DNA from: Abditibacteriaceae bacterium | GTDB taxonomy: Bacteria > Armatimonadota > Abditibacteriia > Abditibacteriales > Abditibacteriaceae | Direction: 5' to 3' | Assembly: GCA_965277285.1 (NCBI GenBank) | Contig: OZ255721.1 | Location: 1,952,001 to 2,016,000 of the forward strand | Length of the DNA: 64,000 nucleotides | Shown here: positions 10,059 through 18,823 of the stretch, one piece after another | Layout of the letters: every line of letters starts with the position of its first letter | Position numbering within the stretch: position 1 is the stretch's first letter | Position numbers and translations under genes: made by a program | The notes under the pieces: model-generated | The model's database searches: none | The model's input: only the letters and a program-made list of their open reading frames with translations | Told to the model about the DNA's origin: nothing

Positions 10059-12083
10059 ATGAAAAAAAGTGTGTCGGTTGATGGCGCGTACCTTTGTTAT
10101 TTTGCGGCTTTGTTGGTTTTTGCGTTGTCTTTGGCGGTTTTTTCTGCGCGCGCGCAGGCCGATCCGCGCGACTATTTCCGTATCACGGTGGTGGATGCGG
10201 ACACGGGACGCGGCGTGCCTTTGGTCGAACTCAAGACGACGAACGAGGTGCGGTTCTGGACGGATAGCAACGGCATTGTCGCCATCAACGAGCCGGATTT
10301 GATGGGGCAAAAGGTTTATTTTCATATCAGGAGCGACGGTTACGAGTACTCGAAAGATATGTTTGGCAATCGCGGCGTGGCGTTTCAGGTCACGCGTGGC
10401 GGACAAGAACAAATCAAGCTCAAGCGATTGAACATCGCGGAACGGCTTTATCGTATTACCGGCGCGGGAATCTATCGGGATAGCGTGTTAGTTGGCGCTC
10501 TAGTTCCGCTGAAGCAGCCTTTGCTCAACGGCCAGGTGATGGGACAAGACACTGTGATGTCGACGCCTTATAAAGGCAAGATTTTCTGGTTATGGGGCGA
10601 TACCAATCGGCCTTCGTATCCTCTGGGCAACTTTTCCACATCGTCAGCCACTTCTCTGCTGCCTGGTCACGGCGGTCTCGATCCGAGCGCCGGAATTGAT
10701 TTGACATACTGGGACGATTCTGAGGGTTTCAGCAAGAAAATGATGCCGATGGAAGGTGGAATGCCGGTTTGGATGGGCGGACTTTTCTCGCTGCGCCAGG
10801 CGAATGAACAGGAACTTCTGTTCGCCAGATACGCGCAGGTGAAAAGTGATTCGCAGGTCAACGAGCAAGGGCTGGCACTCTTCAACGACGACAAAGCGGT
10901 TTTCGAGAAAGCGGGCGTTTTCAATGCGGCGCTGCTGCCAGACGGTCATCCTTTTCAAGCGACGGCGAACGGGCAAAGTTACCTGTACTTTCAGCCTTCA
11001 AACTCGTCCGAAGCCGCGCCGCTGTTGCGCATCCACGCCGACAAAGCATCCATACTCGACCCGCAAACGTATCAATCATTCACTTGCCTGCCTGCGGGCG
11101 CGCGCTACGACAAAGCGGCCACGCGGCTGGATCGAGATGCCAGTGGAAAACTGATTTACAATTGGAAAACGAATACGCCGCCGTTGAATCACGATCAGCG
11201 CCAGGAATTGATCGCAGACGGCAAAATGACGGGCGCAGAATCGCTTTTCCAACTGCGCGACATCGAGACGGACGCGCCGATCCAATCGCATGGCGGCTCA
11301 GTCTTCTGGAATGCCTTTCGCCATCGCTGGATTATGATTTCCGGTCAGGCGGGAGGCTCGCCTTCGTATCTGGGCGAACTGTGGTTTGCCGAAGCCGATA
11401 CGCCCGTTGGCCCGTGGGTTTATGCCAAAAAGATTTTGACACACGACAAATACACCTTTTATAACCCGACGCAGCATCCTTTCTTTGACCAGGACAACGG
11501 ACGCCTCATCTACTTCGAGGGCACTTATACCAGTACTTATTCTGGCAACGACGACAAAACGCCGCGCTACGATTACAACCAGATCATGTATCGCCTCGCT
11601 CTGGACGATGCGCGCCTTGCCCTGCCCTCACCCGTGTACGCGTTGAAAGAAGCTAACGGCGCAAACAGTGACGCGATGCGCGAAACCATCGCAGCGCGCC
11701 ACCAATGGAATCAGGTGACGAGCGTTGCTTTTTTTGCGGTTCCGACCACACGTCCGCACGCCGGATTGATACCAATTTACGGCGCGACTTCCAATTCTGG
11801 TACGGATAAAAGCATGACGTTGCAAACAAGCGCGTCCGCCGGAGAAAAGCCGTTGTTCTATGCTTTGCCGACGAATGCGACAAGTGACGAAAAACCGTCG
11901 CCCGCCGTTGTGCCACTCTGGGAATACCACGACGCGCGCGACGGCAAGCGTTGGTATTCCACCGATGCGAACGGGCAGACAGCGACCATCACGCACGCGG
12001 CGACCCCTTTGTGCCGTGTCTGGCGGAACCCTTCGACAATCCTCGCTCTGGACACGGAAACAAAAGCCGAAACGACACCATAA
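10059..12083 (+). CDS. Secreted hypothetical protein
   Basis: 674-aa ORF with a signal-peptide-like N-terminus. No family recognised with confidence. Confidence 0.8.
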   Translation: MKKSVSVDGAYLCYFAALLVFALSLAVFSARAQADPRDYFRITVVDADTGRGVPLVELKTTNEVRFWTDSNGIVAINEPDLMGQKVYFHIRSDGYEYSKDMFGNRGVAFQVTRGGQEQIKLKRLNIAERLYRITGAGIYRDSVLVGALVPLKQPLLNGQVMGQDTVMSTPYKGKIFWLWGDTNRPSYPLGNFSTSSATSLLPGHGGLDPSAGIDLTYWDDSEGFSKKMMPMEGGMPVWMGGLFSLRQANEQELLFARYAQVKSDSQVNEQGLALFNDDKAVFEKAGVFNAALLPDGHPFQATANGQSYLYFQPSNSSEAAPLLRIHADKASILDPQTYQSFTCLPAGARYDKAATRLDRDASGKLIYNWKTNTPPLNHDQRQELIADGKMTGAESLFQLRDIETDAPIQSHGGSVFWNAFRHRWIMISGQAGGSPSYLGELWFAEADTPVGPWVYAKKILTHDKYTFYNPTQHPFFDQDNGRLIYFEGTYTSTYSGNDDKTPRYDYNQIMYRLALDDARLALPSPVYALKEANGANSDAMRETIAARHQWNQVTSVAFFAVPTTRPHAGLIPIYGATSNSGTDKSMTLQTSASAGEKPLFYALPTNATSDEKPSPAVVPLWEYHDARDGKRWYSTDANGQTATITHAATPLCRVWRNPSTILALDTETKAETTP

Positions 12084-12343
12084 CGGCGAGGCATCTCAAC
12101 GCTCCGTCTTGGCGCAACAGGCCAGCAACAAAAAGGTGCCACGAATAACTTGAATTGTTGTGCCACACAACTCGCTTCCTGAAACTTTGGGCGCTATCGA
12201 GTACTCGATTTCCAAAATGTTCTTTTTGTTGCTTTGATTTTCGCTGTTAGAAATCACGGCATCGAGTCTCTTCCATAGACATAATATCTTGTTGATATAT
12301 TTTATATACTTCAGCAAGTTTCAAATGACTTGGAGGTTTTCGC

Positions 12344-13108
12344 ATGAGACGAGTTATCGAACGTGTGCTGGAGGTTGCTAAAGCGGAAGTCGGCGTGCGC
12401 GAAGAAGGCGACAATATGGGGCATCGCGTCAACGAATATCAGCGCGCCGATACGTTGAGCGGCGTGGGTTATGCGTGGTGCGCCTCGTTCATTTCATGGT
12501 GTTTCAAGCAAGCGGCGGACGATATTCCGTATTGCTATTCGGCGTCCTGCGATGTGGTTGTGGCGTGGGCACGCAGTCAGGGCGTGTTGCGCGAAACGCC
12601 CGAAGACGGCGATGTGTTTCTGCTGATGGCGCGCGGTTCACAATACGATGCCGTGCATACCGGCTTAGTTATCAAAGTTAATGGCGCGGTTTTTCACACG
12701 ATTGAAGGCAACACCAACCTGACTGGTTCGCGCACCGGCATCGGCGTCTGCGCCCTCAAGCGCACCAATGGCGACCGTTACAGGTTTGTGCGCTGGAGTG
12801 ACCTTCACCACGAAAAAGGCGAAGTCGCGCTGCCGCCTTACAAAGTTTTGATGGGCGATCAACTCATCGAAAGCCGCATGGTGGGCGCCGCGACCTTTGT
12901 GCCGGTTCGTGAATGGGGCGAAGCGTTGGGCTTCGATGTGCAGTGGAACAACGACAAGCAAATGCCGCTCTTCGACGGGCGCGAAGTTCCCGTGCAACTT
13001 CATAAACTCGACCGACGCGGCTGGGCTTGGGTCAGAGCATTATCCGAGTTTTCCGGCTTGAAGTTGGAAGTCGATGTAGACAATCGCACGGTGCGTGTTC
13101 ATCGCTGA
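12344..13108 (+). CDS. CHAP-like peptidoglycan hydrolase with C-terminal stalk (copper amine oxidase N-terminal-like) domain
   Basis: AWCASFISWC, HTGLV and TIEGNT motifs; C-terminal FVPVREWGEALGFDVQW; GGAGG SD. Confidence 0.8.
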   Translation: MRRVIERVLEVAKAEVGVREEGDNMGHRVNEYQRADTLSGVGYAWCASFISWCFKQAADDIPYCYSASCDVVVAWARSQGVLRETPEDGDVFLLMARGSQYDAVHTGLVIKVNGAVFHTIEGNTNLTGSRTGIGVCALKRTNGDRYRFVRWSDLHHEKGEVALPPYKVLMGDQLIESRMVGAATFVPVREWGEALGFDVQWNNDKQMPLFDGREVPVQLHKLDRRGWAWVRALSEFSGLKLEVDVDNRTVRVHR

Positions 13109-13292
13109 AACCGGCACTTATCGAGTACTCGAAAGTCGGGTATAAACGCCAAAATTGCACCTGTGACGCATCTCATCATAACACTTGATGTGCTCTGTCC
13201 CTCTTTTTGAACCCGGCGTTTCTTCCCTTCACCGACCTATTATAATCCTGAGAATCAGTTTGAAAACTCTATGAAACGCTCTCAAAGTGGGA

Positions 13293-13362
13293 GTTTGTCA
13301 TTCTGAGCGTAGCGAAGAATCTAACTTCAACAAGATTCTTCGCTACGCTCAGAATGACAAAC
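13293..13362. repeat. Palindromic intergenic repeat family B, copy 1
   Basis: GTTTGTCATTCTGAGCGTAGCGAAGAATCT...AGATTCTTCGCTACGCTCAGAATGACAAAC. Second copy at 46321-46383. Confidence 0.9.
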
Positions 13363-13443
13363 CCTGAGTTTCTGGTGCTGTTTTCTACTTTGCAAACGGA
13401 TTCTGAGAGTGTCCTCTGAAAGTTGAACAGACAAAGGGAAATC

Positions 13444-13677
13444 ATGCGCATTCGCGTTGCACTCGAAACGAACGGGGAAACACACATCCCGCTCAACCAC
13501 CAGCATTTTCTGACAGCGGTCGTATATCGCTTCCTCGAGTACTCGAACCGTGATTACGCCGCCTTTTTGCACGGCGAAGGCTACGCGCCAGACGAAGATG
13601 ACCATCGTCGTTTCAAGTTGTTCTGCTTTTCGCCGATTCAACCAACAAAAATACTCTCAATGTGTTTCATGATATGA
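13444..13677 (+). pseudogene. cas6: Truncated cas6 (N-terminal fragment)
   Basis: MRIRVAL...IPLNHQHFLTAVVYRFLEYSNRDYAAFLHGEGY...RFKLFCFS is a typical Cas6 N-terminus; similarity ends near 13635. Confidence 0.8.
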
Positions 13678-13756
13678 GTGAAATCGTGTTATAATGGCGT
13701 CCAACGCAGCTTCTACGCATTGGATCAACTCCATATAAAACGAAGGAGAATATATT

Positions 13757-14440
13757 ATGAGACTTCATTTTCAACTGACGCCTAATACGCAGATTGTGCC
13801 ATTCGAGTATCAGCATTTTCTGGCTGGCGCGTTTCACAAGTGGCTTGGCGACAACGATTTGCACGACGGCATCAGTTTGTATTCGCTGTCGTGGTTGCAC
13901 GGCGGTGTAACGATGCGCAACGGAAAGCGCATTGAAGGCGGACTGGATTTCCCTGACGGCGCGCTCTGGTTCGTGTCTTCGCACGATGAAAATCTGCTGC
14001 AAAAAATTGCGGATGGAGCGATGCGCAATGGCGAGGTATGTTGCGGCATGAATGTCACAGAAGTTCGCGCGCAACGCACGCCGGATTTTGGTTCGCGCTT
14101 TTGCTTCAAGGTCGGAAGTCCAGTCTTAGCGCGCTCCAAAGAAGTTGATGGACGCGTCACGCATTTTTTGCATTCCGACAAGGAAGCCGATGAAGTCCTG
14201 ACGCAAACTTTGCGGCACAAAATGGATAAAGCCGGTTTGGGTGAAAGCCACAAAGATGTCAGAGTTCGATTTGATCGCGCTTATCGCGGCGCGCGCACCA
14301 AATTGGTGACAATCAAAGGCATCGGCAACCGCGCCAGCGTGTGTCCGGTGATTGTCGAAGGCACACCCGAAGCGGTGCAGTTCGCGTGGAACGTCGGTGT
14401 CGGACACCTTACCGGCAACGGTTTCGGGAGTTTGCTTTGA
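13757..14440 (+). CDS. cas6: CRISPR-associated endoribonuclease Cas6
   Basis: N-terminal VPFEYQH...LHDGISLYSLSWL and C-terminal G-loop VGVGHLTGNGFG; AAGGAG SD. Confidence 0.93.
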   Translation: MRLHFQLTPNTQIVPFEYQHFLAGAFHKWLGDNDLHDGISLYSLSWLHGGVTMRNGKRIEGGLDFPDGALWFVSSHDENLLQKIADGAMRNGEVCCGMNVTEVRAQRTPDFGSRFCFKVGSPVLARSKEVDGRVTHFLHSDKEADEVLTQTLRHKMDKAGLGESHKDVRVRFDRAYRGARTKLVTIKGIGNRASVCPVIVEGTPEAVQFAWNVGVGHLTGNGFGSLL

Positions 14441-14443
14441 AAA

Positions 14444-14600
14444 ATCTCGCTCAAGAGATGGAACCAAGCCGTTGGCTATGGTATCTTATAAGCACAAACG
14501 TTCCTGCGTCTCGAAGAGCCGCTCAACGACCTGTCGTGCTGAAGTGTTGTTCCAACAACCGTCCTCTGGGCTGGGCACGAATAGAGACGCAGGTCACCTT
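14444..14600 (-). ncRNA. Candidate structured RNA 3' of the DUF3800 gene
   Basis: Nested stems CCTGCGTCTC/GAGACGCAGG (14503-14512/14584-14593), TCGTGC/GCACGA, GTTGT-TGGA-ACAAC, a G-U-rich GTCGT/GCGGC hairpin on the minus strand, and two further small hairpins. Confidence 0.55.
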
Positions 14601-14604
14601 TTCC

Positions 14605-15225
14605 TCAACTTTCCCAACGCGTCGGCCCAATAATGGTGTTGCTTGGACTCTTCCGAATCGCTTGCAGTGCGCTTTTAACTTCCGCTTCGGAACGCTTGCG
14701 CGCGTTCCAAGACAGAGCGTAAGCCGTCACATCGGCCAACTGAATCAAGTCGCTCTTATGCGACGGATAAACGCTGACTTTCAAATTTGGGTTTCCACAC
14801 TCACGCGCCATGCGCGCGACATCGCTCTTGAACCGCAGTTCTTCCTTCCTACCCAAATCTTCATCGTCGCACCACAAGCGATGAAGCGCGTGACGCGGCA
14901 TAAATTGACTCAGCAGCCTTTGGGTCGCAAGCGAGATAAAAGCCGCCTTTGTTGCTGGAATAGTATGCGACGCGGCTTTGTCGATGAGCAACGCACCGAC
15001 GCAAAAATCGAGTTGCAAGCCCACGTTCAAAACTGCCGCCAGCTTTTCGCCTGTCGCTTTGCTGCCACGAAACTCCTCGTCTTTCTTCATGCCAAATCTC
15101 GGACGCAACTCCGCAAAAAGTTCGCTCAACTGGTCGGCATCGTGAACCGCGACGACACAAGGCACATACAAAGGTATTTCGCTATTTCTGTCAGTCGTCC
15201 CCGACCAGTCCAAGCCGCCATACAA
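14605..15225 (-). CDS. DUF3800-like protein, antisense within the cas operon
   Basis: N-terminal YGGLDWSG (variant of xDESG) and C-terminal SDLIQLADVTAY; TTG start with a GGAGGG SD. Confidence 0.75.
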   Translation of the reverse strand: MYGGLDWSGTTDRNSEIPLYVPCVVAVHDADQLSELFAELRPRFGMKKDEEFRGSKATGEKLAAVLNVGLQLDFCVGALLIDKAASHTIPATKAAFISLATQRLLSQFMPRHALHRLWCDDEDLGRKEELRFKSDVARMARECGNPNLKVSVYPSHKSDLIQLADVTAYALSWNARKRSEAEVKSALQAIRKSPSNTIIGPTRWES

Positions 15226-15241
15226 AATTTCTTACCCTCCA

Positions 15242-15340
15242 CTTTCAAAACAAAAGCACATGAGGTTCGATTAGAAAACTTCTTGTTCCGACCCGTCAAA
15301 GTCGCCCTTGAGCGATTGAATTTCAATTCCTTCATCTGCC
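15242..15340 (-). CRISPR. Degenerate mini-CRISPR / crRNA-like RNA (pseudo-repeat, 42-nt pseudo-spacer, pseudo-repeat)
   Basis: Minus strand: GGAATTGAAAT (repeat 3' end, 15330-15320), TCAATCGCTCAAGGGCGACTTTGACGGGTCGGAACAAGAAGT (15319-15278), then TTTCTAATCGAACCtcaTGTGcttttgttTTGAAAG (15277-15242). Array repeat for comparison: CTTCTAATCGAACCAGTGTGGAATTGAAAG. Confidence 0.85.
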
Positions 15341-15346
15341 GACAAA

Positions 15347-15375
15347 ATTATAAAGGCACTCCATCAATAGCGCAA
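15347..15375 (-). promoter_or_regulatory. Sigma70-type promoter for the mini-CRISPR/DUF3800 transcript
   Basis: TTGCGC (15375-15370), 17 nt, TATAAT (15352-15347) on the minus strand. Confidence 0.7.
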
Positions 15376-15385
15376 GTGCGCTTTG
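15361..15385 (+). promoter_or_regulatory. Putative Cascade target site: CCA followed by a partial protospacer of the pseudo-spacer
   Basis: CCA-TCAATAGCGCAAGTGCG versus pseudo-spacer TCAATCGCTCAAGGGCG: 14 of 17 identical. Overlaps the -35 box and lies just upstream of GATAAT (15392), which faces cas5. Confidence 0.7.
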
Positions 15386-15447
15386 CGTGTGGATAATGGG
15401 ATAAATTTCAGTTATTGTTAAGAACAAGACGCTTTTGGGAGTTTGCT

Positions 15448-16167
15448 TTGAAACTTGATTTATCAATGCTGCGCGCGGCACCCGATTTTTCATCACGCGC
15501 TTTCCTCTCAGTTGATGCGCTCGCGCCTCTTTCGATGGTGGCGAAGATGCCGGGCAAGTATTATCGCAGTCAACCGGAGCCGACTGACGGAATGTTGTTG
15601 GCGATGCTGGAAAACGCATTGGGTTGGCATATTTCGACTAAAGAGCGCGATGCGCTGCTTCGAGTACTCGCACACCGTCACCAACAAACGGCACAACGCA
15701 GTGGCGTTGGTTTCGGTAGCATTTTGCAATGGCACGTTCAAATTGTGGCGCGCGAGATTCCTGATTCGATGCACTACGATGATTTGTGGGCGCAACATCT
15801 GCGCGGTTCCAGCTTCCCCGATGGAAGTCGCAACTATGACAGCGCGATGATTCCTTTGATGAACGCCAAGCGACGCGGCGACATTACCACTGGCGACACC
15901 GCCGACGCGCGACGCGAACCCGAATTGCTGCACGATTTTCAAAAGGGCGACAAAATTAACATCGCGTTGCTGCGTCCACACTTCCCGCAGTATTATGCTT
16001 CGCCAACACCGCGAGAATACATCGTTCCCGACAAAGCTTTTCGTTTTACGGTTGCCACTTCGCCTGCGCTGATGCCTTTGCTTGAAGCGGCAATCGCAAA
16101 TCCTGCCGCGCCTCTCTATCTCGGTTCAAACGACGGCTGGGTTGATGCGGCTTGGGAGGTTTTATGA
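15448..16167 (+). CDS. cas5: Cas5, type I-B PGING-like (Cas5p)
   Basis: LAPLSMVAKMPGKYYRSQ...MLENALGWH, YYASPTPREYI and PLYLGSNDGWVD. TTG start chosen after a GGGAG SD. Confidence 0.85.
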   Translation: MKLDLSMLRAAPDFSSRAFLSVDALAPLSMVAKMPGKYYRSQPEPTDGMLLAMLENALGWHISTKERDALLRVLAHRHQQTAQRSGVGFGSILQWHVQIVAREIPDSMHYDDLWAQHLRGSSFPDGSRNYDSAMIPLMNAKRRGDITTGDTADARREPELLHDFQKGDKINIALLRPHFPQYYASPTPREYIVPDKAFRFTVATSPALMPLLEAAIANPAAPLYLGSNDGWVDAAWEVL

Positions 16168-17810
16168 CCAGCGCGCCGACGCTTTTCGATGAAGTGCAAC
16201 CGCAAGCTGCACCGCTTGATTTGCCGCTTGCGCACCCTTACGCGCGTTATGGTTTGGCAGTTGCTCTCGTGCAAAGCCAGTTGCAAGTTCACGAGTTGAA
16301 CGAAGCCAGCTTGCGCGAAGCCCTTGCGCAATCTATTGAAAGCGGCTTGGAAAGCTTTCGCATGAGAACCGGCGACAATCCATCGCGTACTCGATTGTTG
16401 CAATTCTCGCCGATTCCTTTCGCTGACTTACAAGCTGACGCAAGTCTGATCCAATCATCGGGTCTGGCTGCCAAAGGCATTTACATCCTTCCAACTGTTG
16501 TTACAACTGACGGCAATGCCAAAGACACTTGGAAAAACGCGACAGAAGTTGTCAAGAAGTTGCGTGACGGCAACGCCTTTGACGACCGCGAGAAGTTCAG
16601 CCGTTCGTTCGCACCGACAACGGCAAAAATCAACAACGGAACGGCCTCGCAAACTGAACCGAAAGGTTCGTTGCTCGAAATTGCGTGCGCGCTTGTTACG
16701 ACGCTGACGCCGCTCAAGCCCGCTGCCTGGCCAGGACAAAACACTGTCATCATTCCCGATTTGCCGATTGAAGAACTGAGAGCCTTTGTTGCACTTTTTC
16801 AACGGATGCTTACCTCAAATCTGGGCGGCAACTTGATGGAAGCTCAGTTGAAAGAAGTCAAGCCGGTTGATGAAAGCAAGCCGAAGCGAGTGTCAAAGAA
16901 ACCGACGAAAGAAGCTGTAGTTAAGTCGGAGTTTCGCCGCCCTCGTTTGCACAGCGGCAATTACCCTTATGCGCCGCGTGATGCCGCTGTCTTCGGTACT
17001 GTCGGTTTGCTGGGTGCAATTGGGCGCTGGGCGCGTGAGGCAAAACAAACCTACGATGCCGAACGAGTACTCGAATCTCTTGCGGGACGCCCGCTTTACA
17101 TCGTTTCCTACGACAAGATTTCGCAGGTGCGTTTCGGGCATCATGTTGTCAGTCTGGCGCTTAATGGTCGCCTGTCAGAAATGATTGACAAGTTGTGGCT
17201 GGAAACCAAGTTGTATTCCGATTTGGATTCGGCCATGACAAAGCGTGATGCACCGTCGTATCAATTGTTTTATTTGCAAACCAGTCGTTTCTTGCAGCAG
17301 TTTTCCGCGCCCGCCTTCGCCGACTTTTTAGCGACGCGCGCCGAGTATCCATCGGAGCTTCGGCCACTTTTCGAGGAGTATTTTCAATTTATGGACAAAG
17401 AAATTGTGCAGTCGGCGGGTGCGCTGGGACAATGGCTCAATCGTACCGCCTACTTCGTCGCGGACGGAGAAGTTGAGGCCAGTGCCGGCGACCGGCGCGG
17501 CAAAGTTGCTAAAGCCAAAGCAAAGATTTTGATCGAGTTTGAAAGCGCAGCCATGAGCGCAAAGAGTCCGCAGGATTTGTTGTTCCGCCTTTCGACGCGT
17601 TGCGGACGTTTGCTGCAAGACGACGCGCCTTCGGATGCCAAACGTTTCATGGACGCCGTTGCATCGGAAGAAATTACACAACTCGCCGCGACGCATTTGC
17701 TCATCGCTTATATGAGACTGCGCGCGCCTCGTCCACAAACCGGAGAACCTGCAACCGCGCCGATTGAGGTTCAAGCCGAAGTTGATAACGCGCTGCCATT
17801 TGACAATTGA
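16164..17810 (+). CDS. cas8: Cas8 large subunit (Csp2-like)
   Basis: About 548 aa, between cas5 and cas7, ATGA overlap with cas5; features such as TTLTPLKPA and RRPRLHSGNYPYAP. Confidence 0.78.
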   Translation: MTSAPTLFDEVQPQAAPLDLPLAHPYARYGLAVALVQSQLQVHELNEASLREALAQSIESGLESFRMRTGDNPSRTRLLQFSPIPFADLQADASLIQSSGLAAKGIYILPTVVTTDGNAKDTWKNATEVVKKLRDGNAFDDREKFSRSFAPTTAKINNGTASQTEPKGSLLEIACALVTTLTPLKPAAWPGQNTVIIPDLPIEELRAFVALFQRMLTSNLGGNLMEAQLKEVKPVDESKPKRVSKKPTKEAVVKSEFRRPRLHSGNYPYAPRDAAVFGTVGLLGAIGRWAREAKQTYDAERVLESLAGRPLYIVSYDKISQVRFGHHVVSLALNGRLSEMIDKLWLETKLYSDLDSAMTKRDAPSYQLFYLQTSRFLQQFSAPAFADFLATRAEYPSELRPLFEEYFQFMDKEIVQSAGALGQWLNRTAYFVADGEVEASAGDRRGKVAKAKAKILIEFESAAMSAKSPQDLLFRLSTRCGRLLQDDAPSDAKRFMDAVASEEITQLAATHLLIAYMRLRAPRPQTGEPATAPIEVQAEVDNALPFDN

Positions 17811-17847
17811 ATACGACTGCACAAGCTGTATTTCTGCAAAGGAACTT

Positions 17848-18786
17848 ATGGAAATCAAAGGAATCTTGGTCACGCTGGTTGCGCCGATGAGCGATCATAT
17901 CGCCAATGGCGGCGAGAAAGTTTTGGGCAACGCGTCGTCCATCAAACGCCGTCCCGATGGGCGCGTTTACATTTCGGGACAGATGCAGCGTCACGCGCTG
18001 TTCTCGGCCATTGAACGCCTCAACCTCACCGACGACAACCGCGACGCGACGTACGTTTCCAACGGCGACGGCGTGACAACAGTTATCGAAAACGATTTGC
18101 GCGCCGATTTGGGCGGCTTTCTACAAACCTCGAAAGAAACTTATTCGGGACGACGCACTGCACCGATCTCGGCGACGCCAGCCGTTGCGTTGGGAGAAAG
18201 TGAAACCGGACGCGATTTGTTGATTCGCTTGAAGATGAATCAGGACAAGGAGAGTACGCGTGATCAAGCATTGGCGACACGCGAGTACTCGCAAGAAGAC
18301 GCGATGCTGATGAGTTTCTTCGTTGATGCGGGAACTGTTGGCATCCGCAAAAAGTTTCGCTACGAAAACGAGTTGCACCTGGAAACGCAGTACGTCAAGC
18401 ACATTGATTCCGCCGAGCGTTTGCGCCGTGTGCGCCTGGCTCTGGAAGCCACAAGTTGCCTGACGGATTATGCGCAGCAAGCGCGCAACGCGACTTCGGG
18501 CGAGCCGCAACGAGTACTCATTGTTTTCGACACACGCCTTTCTCGCAAAGCCGCGCGCTATTTCAAAGCGAGCGAGATCGAGCGCGCCAACATCTTGCGC
18601 GAACTTGAAGCGCGCCACGCGACTTACTTTTTAGGCGATGACACAACAAAAGATGGCAACAGCGTTTTTCAGGCTTACGAACAAGCCTTGGTGTTTCTGT
18701 CTTCAAAGGACAACTCGTTGTTCGATCCTGATCCAGAAAACAAGAAATTTGTTTCAACGGCTGATTTTGAAAGTGGTATCAAATAG
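17848..18786 (+). CDS. cas7: Cas7 (Csp1-like)
   Basis: HIANGGEKVLGNASSIKRRPDGRVYISGQMQRHALF and DLRADLGGFL. Confidence 0.88.
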   Translation: MEIKGILVTLVAPMSDHIANGGEKVLGNASSIKRRPDGRVYISGQMQRHALFSAIERLNLTDDNRDATYVSNGDGVTTVIENDLRADLGGFLQTSKETYSGRRTAPISATPAVALGESETGRDLLIRLKMNQDKESTRDQALATREYSQEDAMLMSFFVDAGTVGIRKKFRYENELHLETQYVKHIDSAERLRRVRLALEATSCLTDYAQQARNATSGEPQRVLIVFDTRLSRKAARYFKASEIERANILRELEARHATYFLGDDTTKDGNSVFQAYEQALVFLSSKDNSLFDPDPENKKFVSTADFESGIK

Positions 18787-18823
18787 TTTGTCGGGGCGCG
18801 CGAAAGCGCGTCCCGTTTTCGTT

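Noticed and set aside
14447..14455. TCGCTCAAG match to the pseudo-spacer after the cas6 stop
   Set aside because: Only 9 nt, lacks seed positions 1-4 and has no CCN next to it; probably chance.
14341..15396. 351-aa + strand ORF between cas6 and cas5
   Set aside because: No recognisable motifs; it is antisense to the DUF3800-like ORF, which has an SD, a promoter and family motifs.
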